This document shows positions 27,453 through 38,259 of a stretch of 64,000 nucleotides of DNA, in pieces (the first letter of the stretch is position 1; every line of letters begins with the position of its first letter). The DNA is taken from assembly GCA_902568425.1 (NCBI GenBank), contig CACFQM010000001.1:967-64966 (forward strand). The letters run 5' to 3'. The notes beneath the pieces are model-generated. The model was not told the origin of the DNA. It saw only the letters and a program-made list of their open reading frames with translations, and searched no databases. The stretch is from an uncultured Pelagibacteraceae bacterium (GTDB lineage Bacteria; Pseudomonadota; Alphaproteobacteria; Pelagibacterales; Pelagibacteraceae). A program made the translations under genes and the position numbers.

Positions 27453-28229
27453 TTAGCTTGATGCAAGCATTTTTTTAATAGATCCAATTGCTTTTGCAGG
27501 ATTTAAACCTTTTGGGCAAGAATTAGTGCAATTCATAATCGTATGACATCTATACAGCTTGAGTTCATCTGCAACTTTTTTTAATCTCTCTTTTCTTTCC
27601 TCATCTCTACTATCCGTAATCCAACGATAAGCTTGTAATAAAACTGCCGGTCCTAGATATTTATCTCCGTTCCACCAATAACTTGGGCAAGAAGTTGAAC
27701 AACAGGCACAAAGTATACACTCGTAATATCCATCAAGTTTTGCTCTGTCTTCTTGTGACTGTTTAATTTCTGTAGATGTTTTTTCTCCAACTTTAGCCTT
27801 GAGCCAGGGTTCGACAGACTCATATTGTTTATATAGTGTAGTTAAATCACCAACTAAATCCTTAATTACTTTCAAATGAGGTAATGGATAAATATTTAAT
27901 TCACCTTTGATATCTGAGTGAGACTTAATACAAGACAAAGTGTTTACTCCATCTACATTCATTGCACATGAACCACATACACCGTGTGCACAAGATCTTC
28001 TAAAAGTTAAAGTAGGATCAATTTCATTTTTAATTTTAAATAGAATATCTAATACTTTGGGTCCACACTCATTAAGATCTACTTCAAATGTATCAATTCT
28101 TGGATTTTCGTTACTAGATGGACTCCATCTATAAACATTAACTTTTTTTAAATTATTCGATCCAATTTTATCTTTGTGGTATTTGCCTTTCAAAATTTTA
28201 GAGTTTTGCGGAAGGCTAAATTGAACCAT
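27453..28229 (-). CDS. sdhB: succinate dehydrogenase iron-sulfur subunit
   Basis: Cys clusters [23 protein letters not shown] and [17 protein letters not shown]. Confidence 0.97.
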   Translation of the reverse strand: MVQFSLPQNSKILKGKYHKDKIGSNNLKKVNVYRWSPSSNENPRIDTFEVDLNECGPKVLDILFKIKNEIDPTLTFRRSCAHGVCGSCAMNVDGVNTLSCIKSHSDIKGELNIYPLPHLKVIKDLVGDLTTLYKQYESVEPWLKAKVGEKTSTEIKQSQEDRAKLDGYYECILCACCSTSCPSYWWNGDKYLGPAVLLQAYRWITDSRDEERKERLKKVADELKLYRCHTIMNCTNSCPKGLNPAKAIGSIKKMLASS

Positions 28230-30004
28230 TAATAAACTCTTTCTCTTGGAGGAAAGTATTGCACATCGTTTGTTAATGTTTTTGCGTGAACAGGTCTGTA
28301 AGCTACTTTAACTTCGTTTCCTTTTTGCCAAGCTAAAGTATGTGTCATATATTTCTTATCATCTCTAGTTTTGAAGTCTTCTCTTGCATGAGCTCCTCTA
28401 CTCTCTTTTCTGTGATAAGCTGAGTCTATTGTCGTCATCGCCTGTCTAATAAGATTATCAAATTCTAAAGTTTCGACAAGATCAGTATTAAATAATAAAG
28501 ACTTGTCTGAAACTGATATGTCAGACATTCCTTCAAAAGGTTTTCTGATTTGATCCATTCCTTCTTTTAATGTTTTTTCGGTTCTAAAAACTGCACATTT
28601 TGATTGCATAGTTCTTTGCATAGATAATCTTAGTTCAGAAGTTTTTGTAGCACCTGAAGCATTACGAAGTTTATCAAATCTATCTAAACATTTATCTGTT
28701 TCACTTTGAGGTATTTCTTCGTGAGGTTTTCCAGGTTTAACAAGTTCTGCAGCTCTATTTGCAGCAGATTTTCCAAAAACTACTAAATCTATTAATGAGT
28801 TTGAACCTAATCTATTTGCGCCGTGGACAGAGACACAAGCTGCCTCTCCTATGGCCATTAACCCTGGCACAGTGGACTCTTTTCCATTTAATGTTAAAAC
28901 TTCAGCTTTGTAATTAGTTGGTATCCCACCCATGTTATAATGAACTGTTGGAACTACCGGTATTGGATCTTTTCTTACGTCAACTTCACAAAATGTTTTT
29001 GCTGACTCTGCAATTCCAGGTAATCTTTCCTCTATAACTTTTGGATCAAGATGGTCTAAATGTAAATTGACATAATCTTTATTTTTACCAACTCCTCTGC
29101 CTTCATTGATCTCAACTGCTATTGATCTACTTACAACATCTCTTGAAGCTAAATCTTTAGCTTTAGGAGCATATTTTTCCATAAATCTCTCACCCTTGGA
29201 GTTTAAAAGATAACCACCTTCTCCTCTTACACCTTCTGATATAAGAGTTCCTACTCCATAAATTCCAGTTGGATGAAATTGAACAAATTCCATGTCCTGT
29301 AATGGTAATCCTGCTCTAAGTGCCATACCATTACCATCTCCAGTACATGTATGAGCTGAAGTAGCTGTATAATAAACTTTACCGTAACCACCTGTAGCTA
29401 AAATAGTTATGTGTGATCTAAATCTGTGTATTGTTCCATCATTTAAATTCCAAGCGATCAAACCTTTACACTGACCATCTTTCATTAAAAGATCTAAAGC
29501 AAAGTATTCTATAAAAAATTCTGTATTATGTTTTAAAGCTTGACCATATAAAGTGTGAAGTATTGCATGGCCAGTTCTATCCGCGGCTGCACAAGTTCTT
29601 TGTACAGACTCATTTCCATAATTTTTTGTCATTCCACCAAATGCTCTCTGGTAAATTTTTCCCTCTTTAGTTCTACTAAATGGAACACCGTATTTTTCTA
29701 ATTCAATTACAGCTTTAGGAGCTTCTTTACATAAATGCTCGATTGCATCTTGATCTCCTAACCAATCAGATCCTTTAACTGTATCGTACATATGCCATCT
29801 CCAATCATCTTCACCCATATTTCCTAAAGCTGCTGAAATTCCACCTTGTGCAGCTGACGTATGACTTCTTGTTGGAAAAACTTTTGATATACAAGCTGTT
29901 TTAAGACCAGCTTCTGAGAGTCCCACAGCAGCTCTTAATCCTGAACCACCTGCTCCTAAGACTACAACATCGTATTCGTGATCTATAATTTTATATGCTT
30001 TCAT
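28229..30004 (-). CDS. sdhA: succinate dehydrogenase flavoprotein subunit
   Basis: [14 protein letters not shown], the covalent-FAD His context [10 protein letters not shown], and [11 protein letters not shown]. Confidence 0.98.
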   Translation of the reverse strand: MKAYKIIDHEYDVVVLGAGGSGLRAAVGLSEAGLKTACISKVFPTRSHTSAAQGGISAALGNMGEDDWRWHMYDTVKGSDWLGDQDAIEHLCKEAPKAVIELEKYGVPFSRTKEGKIYQRAFGGMTKNYGNESVQRTCAAADRTGHAILHTLYGQALKHNTEFFIEYFALDLLMKDGQCKGLIAWNLNDGTIHRFRSHITILATGGYGKVYYTATSAHTCTGDGNGMALRAGLPLQDMEFVQFHPTGIYGVGTLISEGVRGEGGYLLNSKGERFMEKYAPKAKDLASRDVVSRSIAVEINEGRGVGKNKDYVNLHLDHLDPKVIEERLPGIAESAKTFCEVDVRKDPIPVVPTVHYNMGGIPTNYKAEVLTLNGKESTVPGLMAIGEAACVSVHGANRLGSNSLIDLVVFGKSAANRAAELVKPGKPHEEIPQSETDKCLDRFDKLRNASGATKTSELRLSMQRTMQSKCAVFRTEKTLKEGMDQIRKPFEGMSDISVSDKSLLFNTDLVETLEFDNLIRQAMTTIDSAYHRKESRGAHAREDFKTRDDKKYMTHTLAWQKGNEVKVAYRPVHAKTLTNDVQYFPPRERVY

Positions 30005-30007
30005 AAT

Positions 30008-30331
30008 TTAAATTTTAAATAAAAAAGTAATTAATATTAATGTGACTATTATACTAAAAAAAACAAGTAATCTGTTTGCGGCATTTTTGAGTTTAAAATT
30101 GCTTATATAGTCTTCAAAAACCTCACTAATCGTTAATGTATAAAAAATTGATGTAAATATTAAGAATAAAGTAAAAATTATTTTAGTTGAAAAACTTTCT
30201 AAGAATAAAACAAATTGAGAATTGTTAGCATCTAATATTCCTACTAAATTTAAAATAAACCAAACCATAAAAGGAATTAGTATTCCTGACGTAATTTTGA
30301 TTGATAACCATTTTTTTGTTGCTCTAATCAT
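30008..30331 (-). CDS. sdhD: succinate dehydrogenase membrane anchor subunit
   Basis: 107-aa protein with three hydrophobic helices, located between sdhC and sdhA in the sdhCDAB order. Confidence 0.7.
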   Translation of the reverse strand: MIRATKKWLSIKITSGILIPFMVWFILNLVGILDANNSQFVLFLESFSTKIIFTLFLIFTSIFYTLTISEVFEDYISNFKLKNAANRLLVFFSIIVTLILITFLFKI

Positions 30332-30700
30332 TTAAAATAAATTTTTTCCTATTAAGTAAAACAAAATTGTCAAAACGAATGATCCAATTATAGTAAGTAT
30401 CCCTGTAATTTGTGATATCTTTAGATCAAAACCATATCCCATATCCCATGCTAAATGCCTAATTTCATTTAAGATTTGAAAACTAAATGACCAACATAAA
30501 CTAACTATTAAAAACTTTCCTATTAAAGATTTTGAAAAAATTTGTATATCTGTACCTAAAAAAATTAATATTGAAGAAATTAAAATAATAAAAATAAAAT
30601 TGATTATCCCGACTATTCTATGTGAGATAGATAAAAGAGATGATATATGCCATTTATAAACCTGTAGATGAGGAGATAATGGGTTATTTTTATTAGACAT
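30332..30700 (-). CDS. sdhC: succinate dehydrogenase cytochrome b556 subunit
   Basis: PLSPHLQVYKW...SISHRIVG is the SdhC N-terminal pattern. It is the first gene of sdhCDAB. Confidence 0.8.
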   Translation of the reverse strand: MSNKNNPLSPHLQVYKWHISSLLSISHRIVGIINFIFIILISSILIFLGTDIQIFSKSLIGKFLIVSLCWSFSFQILNEIRHLAWDMGYGFDLKISQITGILTIIGSFVLTILFYLIGKNLF

Positions 30701-31694
30701 TTTTTTTAATTAATTGCTCTGCTATTTGTACAGTATTCAATGCAGCCCCTTTGAGTAAATTGTCAGAAACGACCCACATGTTAATAGCTTTGTTGTTTGA
30801 ACTGTCTTTTCGTATCCTAGAAATAAATGTTAAATAACTATTTTCGGCTTCTAAAGGAGTTATATAGCCTCCGTCTTTTCTTTCGTCTATAACTTTACAA
30901 CCATTAGATTGATTTAAAATATTTTTAATACTTTTAATATCAAAGGGCTTTTCAAATTCCACATTGATAGACTCTGAATGAGAAACCATCACAGGAACCC
31001 TAACACAAGTTGCAGATATTTGGATATTTGGGTCAAGAATTTTTTTTGTCTCATTAATCATTTTCCACTCTTCTTTTGTATAGCCTTCATCAACAAATTC
31101 ATCGATATGAGGTATCAAATTAAATGCAATTTGCTTTGTAAAATTTTTTGAAGAAATTTTTTTTCCTTCTAGAAAATCCTTTGATTGAGTTACTAATTCA
31201 TCCATTGGAGCTTTTCCTGCACCAGATACTGATTGATAAGTAGAAACTATAACTCTTTTAATGTTAAAATGATCATGCAAAGGTTTTAAAGCAACAACCA
31301 TTTGTATAGTAGAGCAGTTTGCATTGGCAATAATGTTCTTTTTTTTATAATTCTGTAATTGATCTAAATTAACTTCTGGTACTATTAATGGAACATCATT
31401 ATCCATTCTAAAAAATTTAGAATTATCAATTACTATAGTTTTTTTGCTAGCTTTTGTAGCCCATTGCTCTGCTATTTTACTTCCAGCTGCAAAAAAAGTT
31501 ATTTTAGCATTTGAAAAATCATATTTTTCAAGATCTTGAATCTCTATTTCTTTTCCTTTGAATTTAATTTTTTTTCCTGCACTTTTTGCAGACGCCACTA
31601 AGAATAAATTGGATATTTCAATTTTAGATTTTTCTAAAATCTCAATAGTTTTTCTTCCGACATTGCCGGTGGCACCGATTATAGCTAAGTTCAT
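30693..31694 (-). CDS. asd: aspartate-semialdehyde dehydrogenase
   Basis: IIGATGNVGR, the active-site NCSTIQ, and SVSGAG. Confidence 0.93.
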   Translation of the reverse strand: MNLAIIGATGNVGRKTIEILEKSKIEISNLFLVASAKSAGKKIKFKGKEIEIQDLEKYDFSNAKITFFAAGSKIAEQWATKASKKTIVIDNSKFFRMDNDVPLIVPEVNLDQLQNYKKKNIIANANCSTIQMVVALKPLHDHFNIKRVIVSTYQSVSGAGKAPMDELVTQSKDFLEGKKISSKNFTKQIAFNLIPHIDEFVDEGYTKEEWKMINETKKILDPNIQISATCVRVPVMVSHSESINVEFEKPFDIKSIKNILNQSNGCKVIDERKDGGYITPLEAENSYLTFISRIRKDSSNNKAINMWVVSDNLLKGAALNTVQIAEQLIKKNV

Positions 31695-31705
31695 TAAAAA
31701 GTATT

Positions 31706-32806
31706 TTAATTTAAATTTGATATAATTGCATCACCCATCTCTGAGGTTGATACCTTTTTCTTACCTTTTGACATTATATCTGGAGTTCTTAAACCGTCTT
31801 CTAGTGTTTTTTCAACAGCCTTATCTAACATTGTAGACTCTTTTTGCATTCCTAAAGAATATTTCAATGCCATTGAAAAACTTAATATTGTTGCAATTGG
31901 GTTTGATATATTTTTACCAGCAATATCTGGTGCTGAACCGTGGACAGGTTCATACAAAGATCTTGTTCTTCCATTTTTATCTTTATCACCTAATGATGCA
32001 GATGGCAGCAAACCTAATGAACCTGTTAACATTGCAGCTTCATCTGATAACATGTCCCCAAATAAATTATCAGCTAAAATAACATCAAACTGTTTTGGAT
32101 TTCTCAATAATTGCATTGCACAGTTATCTGCTAACATATGGTTAAGCTCGATTTTTTTGTAATCTTTATCCTTTAAAGACTGAACTTCCTCTCTCCAAAG
32201 AACACCTGCCTCCATAACATTTGATTTTTCACAAGATGTTACTTTATTATTTCTTTTAGCAGCTAGTTCAAATGCTACTTTCGCAATTCTTTTTATTTCC
32301 TTTGTTGTATAAACGTGTGTATTCACTCCTCTTCGTTCACCGTTTTCTATTGGTTTTACACCTCTTGGCTCACCAAAATATATGCCTCCTGTTAATTCTC
32401 TTACAATTAAAATATCGAGACCTGAAACTATTTCTGGTTTTAACGTTGAAGAATCTACAAGTTGTTTAAAACAAATGGCTGGTCTTAAATTTGCAAATAA
32501 CTTTAATTCTTTTCTTAATTTTAAAAGAGCTCTTTCGGGTTTTTTTGAAAACTCTAATTTATCATACTGTGGTCCACCACATGCTCCAACTATTACTGCA
32601 TCACTTTCTAGAGCTTTATAAAATACTTCATCAGTTATTGGTACACCATGTTTGTCTATTGCAGCTCCACCAATAAGATCTTGATCAATTTTAAAATCTA
32701 AGGATTTTTTTTTATTAAACCAATCAATAACTTTTCTGGTTTCTCCAACAACCTCTGGACCTATACCATCGCCAGGTAAAAGAAATATTTTTTTATTTTT
32801 AGTCAT
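31706..32806 (-). CDS. leuB: 3-isopropylmalate dehydrogenase
   Basis: The likely start is [19 protein letters not shown], at ATG 32804-32806, 1 nt after the leuD stop. The tracked ORF runs 16 codons further. It has the [19 protein letters not shown] block. Confidence 0.95.
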   Translation of the reverse strand: MTKNKKIFLLPGDGIGPEVVGETRKVIDWFNKKKSLDFKIDQDLIGGAAIDKHGVPITDEVFYKALESDAVIVGACGGPQYDKLEFSKKPERALLKLRKELKLFANLRPAICFKQLVDSSTLKPEIVSGLDILIVRELTGGIYFGEPRGVKPIENGERRGVNTHVYTTKEIKRIAKVAFELAAKRNNKVTSCEKSNVMEAGVLWREEVQSLKDKDYKKIELNHMLADNCAMQLLRNPKQFDVILADNLFGDMLSDEAAMLTGSLGLLPSASLGDKDKNGRTRSLYEPVHGSAPDIAGKNISNPIATILSFSMALKYSLGMQKESTMLDKAVEKTLEDGLRTPDIMSKGKKKVSTSEMGDAIISNLN

Positions 32807-32807
32807 T

Positions 32808-33404
32808 TTATAACCAAGGTCTATTTTGTGACATTTTATTCTCAAAACTTTCAATATTTTTAGTTTTTTTAAGAGATAAAGCTATATCGTCTAGTCCCTC
32901 CAATAAACATTTCTTCTTGAAAGAGTCTAATTCAAATTTAAAAGTTTTATTTCCATAAACAATTTCTTGCTCCTCAAGTTTAACCTCGATACTTTCTTTT
33001 CTTACAGAATAGTCTTTAAGCTCATTAATTGTTTCATTTTTTGCAACAATTGGAAGTATCCCGTTTTTGAAACAATTATTATAAAATATATCAGCAAAAC
33101 TTTCACTGATGATAACTCTAATTCCAAAATCTAATAAAGCCCAAGGAGCGTGTTCTCTTGATGAACCACAACCAAAATTTTTTCCTGTTATTAAGATTTT
33201 TGAACTATTGTAAGGTTCCTGGTCTAAAATGAACCCCTTAATTGGATTTCCTTTTTCATCAAACCTCATTTCATAAAATAAACTTTTGCCTAAACCTGAT
33301 CTCTTGATTGTTTTTAAGAATTGTTTAGGAATAATTTTATCGGTATCTATATTCATTAAGGGAATATATGCGGGTATACTTTTTATTTTTGTAAATTTTT
33401 CCAT
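32808..33404 (-). CDS. leuD: 3-isopropylmalate dehydratase small subunit
   Basis: The likely start is MEKFTKI, at ATG 33402-33404, 1 nt after the leuC stop. It has the [12 protein letters not shown] and [17 protein letters not shown] blocks. Confidence 0.93.
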   Translation of the reverse strand: MEKFTKIKSIPAYIPLMNIDTDKIIPKQFLKTIKRSGLGKSLFYEMRFDEKGNPIKGFILDQEPYNSSKILITGKNFGCGSSREHAPWALLDFGIRVIISESFADIFYNNCFKNGILPIVAKNETINELKDYSVRKESIEVKLEEQEIVYGNKTFKFELDSFKKKCLLEGLDDIALSLKKTKNIESFENKMSQNRPWL

Positions 33405-33405
33405 A

Positions 33406-34809
33406 TTAATTATTAAATTTTCTAACATCTGATAAGTGTCCTTCAATAGCTGCTACTGCTGCCATTGCTGGGCTTACTAGATGTGTTCTTCCCCCACGAC
33501 CTTGTCTTCCTTCAAAGTTTCTATTTGATGTTGATGCACATCTTTCTCTTGGTTTCAACTGATCTTCATTCATACCAAGACACATTGAGCAACCTGGTTC
33601 TCTCCACTCAAAACCAGAGTCTTTAAATACTTTATCTAAACCTTCTTGTTCAGCTTGAATTTTTACAAGACCTGATCCTGGAACAACCATTGCATTTACA
33701 TGTCCTGCTATTTTTTTATCCTTAAGAAGTTTAGCTGCTTCTCTTAAGTCCTGGATTCTTCCATTAGTGCAACTTCCAATAAACACTTTGTCTATTTTGA
33801 TGTCTGTCATTTTAGTATTTGGTTTTAAACCCATATAATCTAATGATCTTTCCATAGCCACACGTCTGTCATTATCTTTTTCTTTTTTTGGATCTGGAAC
33901 TGATCCATTAACTGGAACAACATCTTGTGGGGATGTGCCCCAAGTAACTTGTGGTACGACATCTTCACCATTTAAAACTATTTCTTTATCAAATTTACAA
34001 TCTTTGTCAGATTTTAAATTGCTCCAATAATCTAAAGCTTTTTTCCAATTATCTTTTTTCGGAGACAAAGGTCTGTTCTCCAAATATTTGAAAGTTTTCT
34101 CGTCAGGTTGTATTAATCCTGCTCTAGCTCCACCTTCAATAGTCATATTACAAACAGTCATTCTCTCTTCCATACTAAAGCTTCTGATAACGTCTCCGGA
34201 ATACTCAATTACAAATCCAGTTCCACCAGCTGTTCCTATAGTACCGATAATCTTTAAAATAACATCTTTAGCAGTTACCCCTAATGGAATTTTTCCATCT
34301 ACTTTAAGTAAAAAGTTTTTAGATTTTTTTTGTAATAGAGTTTGAGTAGCTAAAACATGTTCTACCTCAGATGTTCCAATCCCGAAAGCTAGTGCACCAA
34401 AAGCCCCATGGGTAGCAGTGTGACTGTCTCCACAGACAATAATTGTTCCTGGTTGAGTAAAACCTTGTTCAGGTCCAATAATATGGACAATACCTTGTCT
34501 CTTATCATTCATGTCAAATAAAGGAACTCCAAATTCTTTACAATTTTTTCTAAGTGTATCAACTTGAATTTTCGACTGTTGATCGTGAATTCCTTTTGTT
34601 CTATCTGTTGTAGGCACGTTATGATCAGCTACTGCTAAAGTAAAATTAGGTTTTCTCACTTTTCTTTTATTTAACCTAAGACCTTCAAAGGCTTGCGGGC
34701 TAGTTACTTCATGTACTAAGTGTCTATCCACATATAATAATGAGGTACCGTCATCTTGTTGAAAGACAAGATGGTCATCCCAAATTTTATCGTATAAAGT
34801 TTTTGGCAT
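33406..34809 (-). CDS. leuC: 3-isopropylmalate dehydratase large subunit
   Basis: LYDKIWDDH start, VCGDSHT, and the [11 protein letters not shown] aconitase-family cluster ligands. Confidence 0.97.
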   Translation of the reverse strand: MPKTLYDKIWDDHLVFQQDDGTSLLYVDRHLVHEVTSPQAFEGLRLNKRKVRKPNFTLAVADHNVPTTDRTKGIHDQQSKIQVDTLRKNCKEFGVPLFDMNDKRQGIVHIIGPEQGFTQPGTIIVCGDSHTATHGAFGALAFGIGTSEVEHVLATQTLLQKKSKNFLLKVDGKIPLGVTAKDVILKIIGTIGTAGGTGFVIEYSGDVIRSFSMEERMTVCNMTIEGGARAGLIQPDEKTFKYLENRPLSPKKDNWKKALDYWSNLKSDKDCKFDKEIVLNGEDVVPQVTWGTSPQDVVPVNGSVPDPKKEKDNDRRVAMERSLDYMGLKPNTKMTDIKIDKVFIGSCTNGRIQDLREAAKLLKDKKIAGHVNAMVVPGSGLVKIQAEQEGLDKVFKDSGFEWREPGCSMCLGMNEDQLKPRERCASTSNRNFEGRQGRGGRTHLVSPAMAAVAAIEGHLSDVRKFNN

Positions 34810-34814
34810 TAGAT

Positions 34815-35348
34815 TTATTTTTTTAAATTTTCTGGTTTTTTATTTTCTTTTTTATCTGTCTCTTTTTTAGACTGGTTGGATATATCTTTTTTCGGCTCAG
34901 CTGTGCTTGTTTTTGAACTATCAGAAGATGGATTTTCATTAGTTTTTATTTCAACGTCACTTTTAACTTCGACTTCAATTCCAATATTTTTTTTCATTTT
35001 TTCTGCAATTCTTGCAGATTTACCTTTTCTATCTCTCAAATAATAAAGTTTTGCTCTTTTAACTTTCCCAGATCTGATAACTTTTATTGAGCTAATTACA
35101 GGACTGTATAAAGCAAAAGTCCTTTCCACACCTTCACCAAAGGAAATCTTCCTAACTTTAAATGACGAGTTTATATCCCTATTTTTTTTTGCAATACAAA
35201 CACCTTCGAAATTTTGAACCCTTTCTCTTTTACCCTCTACAATTCTCACACCAACACGAATTGTATCTCCAGGAAAAAACTCAGGAATTTTTTTTCCAGC
35301 AATCAGTTTTTGTAAATTTGCTTTGTTTATATCTTCAATATTTTTCAT
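34815..35348 (-). CDS. rplS: 50S ribosomal protein L19 with a roughly 60-aa charged C-terminal extension
   Basis: [33 protein letters not shown] is the L19 core. It lies downstream of trmD as in the conserved operon. Length is 177 aa versus 115 aa in E. coli. Confidence 0.93.
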   Translation of the reverse strand: MKNIEDINKANLQKLIAGKKIPEFFPGDTIRVGVRIVEGKRERVQNFEGVCIAKKNRDINSSFKVRKISFGEGVERTFALYSPVISSIKVIRSGKVKRAKLYYLRDRKGKSARIAEKMKKNIGIEVEVKSDVEIKTNENPSSDSSKTSTAEPKKDISNQSKKETDKKENKKPENLKK

Positions 35349-36039
35349 TTTTTTTGTTATTTAAATATTTTTCCCAAAGATCGGGTCTCTGGCGACGTGT
35401 TATATCCTTAGATTGTGATAAACGCCAGTCCTTAATTTTTGCGTGATCTCCCGATAATAGTACTTCTGGAACGCTTTTTTTTTCCCAAATTTGAGGTTTT
35501 GTATATTGGGGATATTCAAGCAAACCGTTTTCAAAGCTTTCATCATCTTTGGATTTTTCATTACCTAGAACACCTGGAAGTAATCTTAAAACAGAGTCTA
35601 AAACAACAAATGATGCGGGCTCACCTCCAGATAAAATATAATCACCAATACTAATTTCCTCGATATTTCTTGTGCTTAAAATACGTGCATCAATTCCTTC
35701 AAAATGACCACAAATTAAATTTATTGTTTTCTCTTTGGTTAGATCTTTTGCAAATTTTTGGTCAAATTTTTTACCTTTAGGAGAAAGATAAAAAACTCTC
35801 TCATCCTTTTTTAACCTACTGTCTAGAGATTTTCCCAAAACATTTGGTTTCAATAACATTCCACTACCTCCTCCAAAAGGTGTGTCGTCTACTGTCTTAT
35901 GTTTGTCTTCAGCGGAGTCTCGAATATCAATAACTTCTAAATCCCAAATTTTTTTTTGTAAAGCTTTTCCGTAAAGACCCTTGCTTAATGGTCCAGGAAA
36001 AATTTCAGGATATAGGGTAAATACTCGAGCCTTCCACAT
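35335..36039 (-). CDS. trmD: tRNA (guanine37-N1)-methyltransferase
   Basis: [22 protein letters not shown], and [12 protein letters not shown] (SPOUT knot). Confidence 0.95.
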   Translation of the reverse strand: MWKARVFTLYPEIFPGPLSKGLYGKALQKKIWDLEVIDIRDSAEDKHKTVDDTPFGGGSGMLLKPNVLGKSLDSRLKKDERVFYLSPKGKKFDQKFAKDLTKEKTINLICGHFEGIDARILSTRNIEEISIGDYILSGGEPASFVVLDSVLRLLPGVLGNEKSKDDESFENGLLEYPQYTKPQIWEKKSVPEVLLSGDHAKIKDWRLSQSKDITRRQRPDLWEKYLNNKKNEKY

Positions 36040-36051
36040 TTTCTTCTTTCT

Positions 36052-36372
36052 TTATTTAGGTAACTTAGTTGCGCCAGTTTCTTGATGTACTATTTTTCCA
36101 TCTTTAAATTTGTAATAAGACATAACTGCTTCTTTGTTGCCATCCGCAAAACTTGCTAAAGCGTGCATGAATCCTACTTCGTTGTTTTCAAAAAGAATTC
36201 TCTCTTTTTCAAGTTTGACATCTTTCATACCCACCCATTTAACGACATCGTCTTTCGACAATGTTTTTCCAGATGCATGCATTATAAATTTAAAATCATC
36301 ATGCATAACTTCCCTCGCACCGTTTTCATCACCTGCGTTTATTACTTTTACTAATTTCTGTATTATAGACAT
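36052..36372 (-). CDS. small NTF2/SnoaL-like fold protein (hypothetical)
   Basis: 106 aa and soluble. The pattern (INAGDENGAREVMHDDFKF ... YKFKDGKIVH) resembles SnoaL/NTF2-like cone proteins. It occupies the rimM position between rpsP and trmD, and the rpsP stop overlaps its start by 1 nt. Confidence 0.5.
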   Translation of the reverse strand: MSIIQKLVKVINAGDENGAREVMHDDFKFIMHASGKTLSKDDVVKWVGMKDVKLEKERILFENNEVGFMHALASFADGNKEAVMSYYKFKDGKIVHQETGATKLPK

Positions 36373-36797
36373 TATTTTTTATCCCCTTTCTTTGGTTCTT
36401 CTTTCTTAGCTTCCTGTTTAGGAGCTTCTTTCTTTGGTTCTTCTTTCTTAGCTTCCTGTTTAGGAGCTTCTTTCTTTGGTTCTTTTCCGTCTTTTTTTCT
36501 ATCTTTTTTAGGAATTGCTTTGTTAGGATTATTTCCTGGTTTAGGCATCGGCATAATTTGAGCTTCACCAAGAATTCTAGATACTCTTAAAGTTGGTTTT
36601 GCACCTTTACTTATCCAATGTTTAACCCTCTCAGCCTCAATTGTAATTCTTTCCTTTTTTTCTTTAGGCAACAGTGGATTGAATAATCCAACCTTTTCAA
36701 TAAATCTCCCGTCTCGTGGAAATCTACTGTCAGCGATTACAATTTTATAAATTGGTCTTTTTTTTGCACCAATCATTGATAGTCTTATTTTTAACAT
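36372..36797 (-). CDS. rpsP: 30S ribosomal protein S16 with a repeat-containing Lys/Glu/Pro-rich C-terminal extension
   Basis: MLKIRLSMIGAKKRPIYKIVIADSRFPRDGRFIEKVG is the S16 core. Length is 141 aa versus 82 aa in E. coli. Confidence 0.93.
   Translation of the reverse strand: MLKIRLSMIGAKKRPIYKIVIADSRFPRDGRFIEKVGLFNPLLPKEKKERITIEAERVKHWISKGAKPTLRVSRILGEAQIMPMPKPGNNPNKAIPKKDRKKDGKEPKKEAPKQEAKKEEPKKEAPKQEAKKEEPKKGDKK
36386..36484. repeat. perfect 42-bp direct tandem repeat, about 2.3 copies, inside the rpsP tail
   Basis: The unit tttggttcttctttcttagcttcctgtttaggagcttctttc occurs at 36391-36432 and 36433-36474 with no mismatch. Partial copies flank them. The repeat encodes 2 x KKEAPKQEAKKEEP. 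Confidence 0.9.
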
Positions 36798-36809
36798 TCT
36801 TCCCTTTCT

Positions 36810-38159
36810 TTATTTCAGTTGATTAAAAAGTTCAGGTGGCATTCCATTTTGTGGTCCGCCTCCTTTTGACATCTTTTTCATCATTTTAGACATCATCTTA
36901 AACTGTTTAAGCAATCTATTTATCGTTTGCACATCAGTTCCGGATCCTAAGGAAATTCTCTTTCTTCTTGATCCACTTATAATATCAGGATTTGATCTTT
37001 CCTTTTTTGTCATTGATAAAATTATTGCCTCATTAGAAGATAATAATTTTTCATCAATATTTGCATTTTGCATTTGCTCTTTTACTTTACCAACACCAGG
37101 TAAAAGAGAAAGCACACCTTCCATACCACCCATTTTTTTCATTTGCCTTAATTGAAGTAGGTAGTCATCAAAGGTAAAATTTCCTTTTTTAATTTTTTCT
37201 TCAGTTAATTTTATTTTTTCTTCATCAAGGTCTTGAGAAGCTTTTTCTACAAGAGAAACGATATCTCCCATTCCAAGAATTCTGTTTGCCAACCTGTCAG
37301 GATGAAAAGACTCAAGATCAGCTATCTTTTCACCAACACCAAGAAATTTTATGGGTTTTCCAGTAGTTTGCTTCATGCTTAAAGCAGCACCACCACGACC
37401 ATCTCCGTCGACTCTAGTTAAAATTATACTCGTTAAACTTACTGCTTTATCAAATTCTGAAGCAAGATTTACAGCGATTTGACCTGTTAAAGAGTCTGCT
37501 ACAAGCATTGTTTCAACAGGTTTAACTGCGTCTTTGATATTTTTAATTTCTGACATCATGCTTAAGTCTATTTGAGTACGACCTGCTGTATCAAAAATTA
37601 TGACATCTGTTCCAGCAAGATTAGCTGCGTTTAAAGCTCTTTGGGCAATATCAAGTGGTAATTGATCTTTTATTATAGGAAGTACATTTAAACTATTTTT
37701 TTCACAAAGGACTTTTAATTGTTCTTGTGCAGCTGGCCTATAAATATCCAAGCTTACAAGTAGAATTTTTTTATTTAGACTTTTTTCAAGATTTTTTGCT
37801 AATTTAACTGCTGTCGTAGTTTTACCAGACCCTTGTAAACCAACTAAAAGAATAGAAGCTGGGGGTACAGCCTTTAAATTTATTTCTTCTGTTTTACTGC
37901 CTAATACCTCTACTAATTGATCATAAACTATCTTTACTAACATTTGGCCAGGTGATGTTGATCTAATAATTTCTTGGCCAATTGCTTTTGGTTTAATATC
38001 TTCAATAAATTTTTTAACTACAGGTAAAGCTACATCGGCAGCCAGTAAAGCCTGTCTAATTTCTTTAAGGCCAGTTTCAACCTGCGCCTCACTAAGTGAA
38101 GGAGCATTCTTTAATTTTTTAAAGATCCCCTCTAATTTATTTGTTAAATTTTCAAACAT
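36810..38159 (-). CDS. ffh: signal recognition particle protein Ffh
   Basis: MFENLTNKL start (ATG 38157-38159; the tracked GTG at 38177 is less likely). It has GLQGSGKTTT, DTAGR, TRVDGD, and a Met-rich M domain (MKKMGGMEGVLSLLPG). Confidence 0.97.
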   Translation of the reverse strand: MFENLTNKLEGIFKKLKNAPSLSEAQVETGLKEIRQALLAADVALPVVKKFIEDIKPKAIGQEIIRSTSPGQMLVKIVYDQLVEVLGSKTEEINLKAVPPASILLVGLQGSGKTTTAVKLAKNLEKSLNKKILLVSLDIYRPAAQEQLKVLCEKNSLNVLPIIKDQLPLDIAQRALNAANLAGTDVIIFDTAGRTQIDLSMMSEIKNIKDAVKPVETMLVADSLTGQIAVNLASEFDKAVSLTSIILTRVDGDGRGGAALSMKQTTGKPIKFLGVGEKIADLESFHPDRLANRILGMGDIVSLVEKASQDLDEEKIKLTEEKIKKGNFTFDDYLLQLRQMKKMGGMEGVLSLLPGVGKVKEQMQNANIDEKLLSSNEAIILSMTKKERSNPDIISGSRRKRISLGSGTDVQTINRLLKQFKMMSKMMKKMSKGGGPQNGMPPELFNQLK

Positions 38160-38181
38160 TTTTCTTTTTTCCAACACCTAT

Positions 38182-38259
38182 GGCACTAGTGGGCGAACCC
38201 TCGCTGACTAGTGTCGATCCCTTTATTTCTAAAGGCACCGCAAAATCTACCATTTGCGG
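38182..38259. ncRNA. candidate structured RNA or leader element: three consecutive hairpins, class unknown
   Basis: H1 is CACTAGT(38184-38190)/ACTAGTG(38207-38213), extendable by G-C and G-U pairs, with an inner GCGA/TCGC stem. H2 is CCTTTA-TTTC-TAAAGG (38220-38235). H3 is CCGCAAA(38238-38244)/TTTGCGG(38253-38259). The region is much more GC-rich than its surroundings. It lies in an unusually long spacer between divergent ffh and dapF. Confidence 0.3.

Noticed and set aside
36329-36571. 80-aa ORF (KKLLNRKLRKKNQRK repeated) overlapping the rpsP tail.
   Set aside because: It is an alternative reading frame of the 42-bp repeat within rpsP and the NTF2-like gene, so its repetitiveness is a by-product of the DNA repeat.
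38182-38215. tRNA- or tmRNA-like 3' end. The minus strand reads ...GCGAGGGTTCGCCCACTAGTGCCA, reminiscent of a T-loop plus CCA.
   Set aside because: No 5-bp T-stem with a 7-nt loop can be drawn, there is no D-arm or anticodon arm, and there is no acceptor pairing. The GGTTCG resemblance is probably coincidental.
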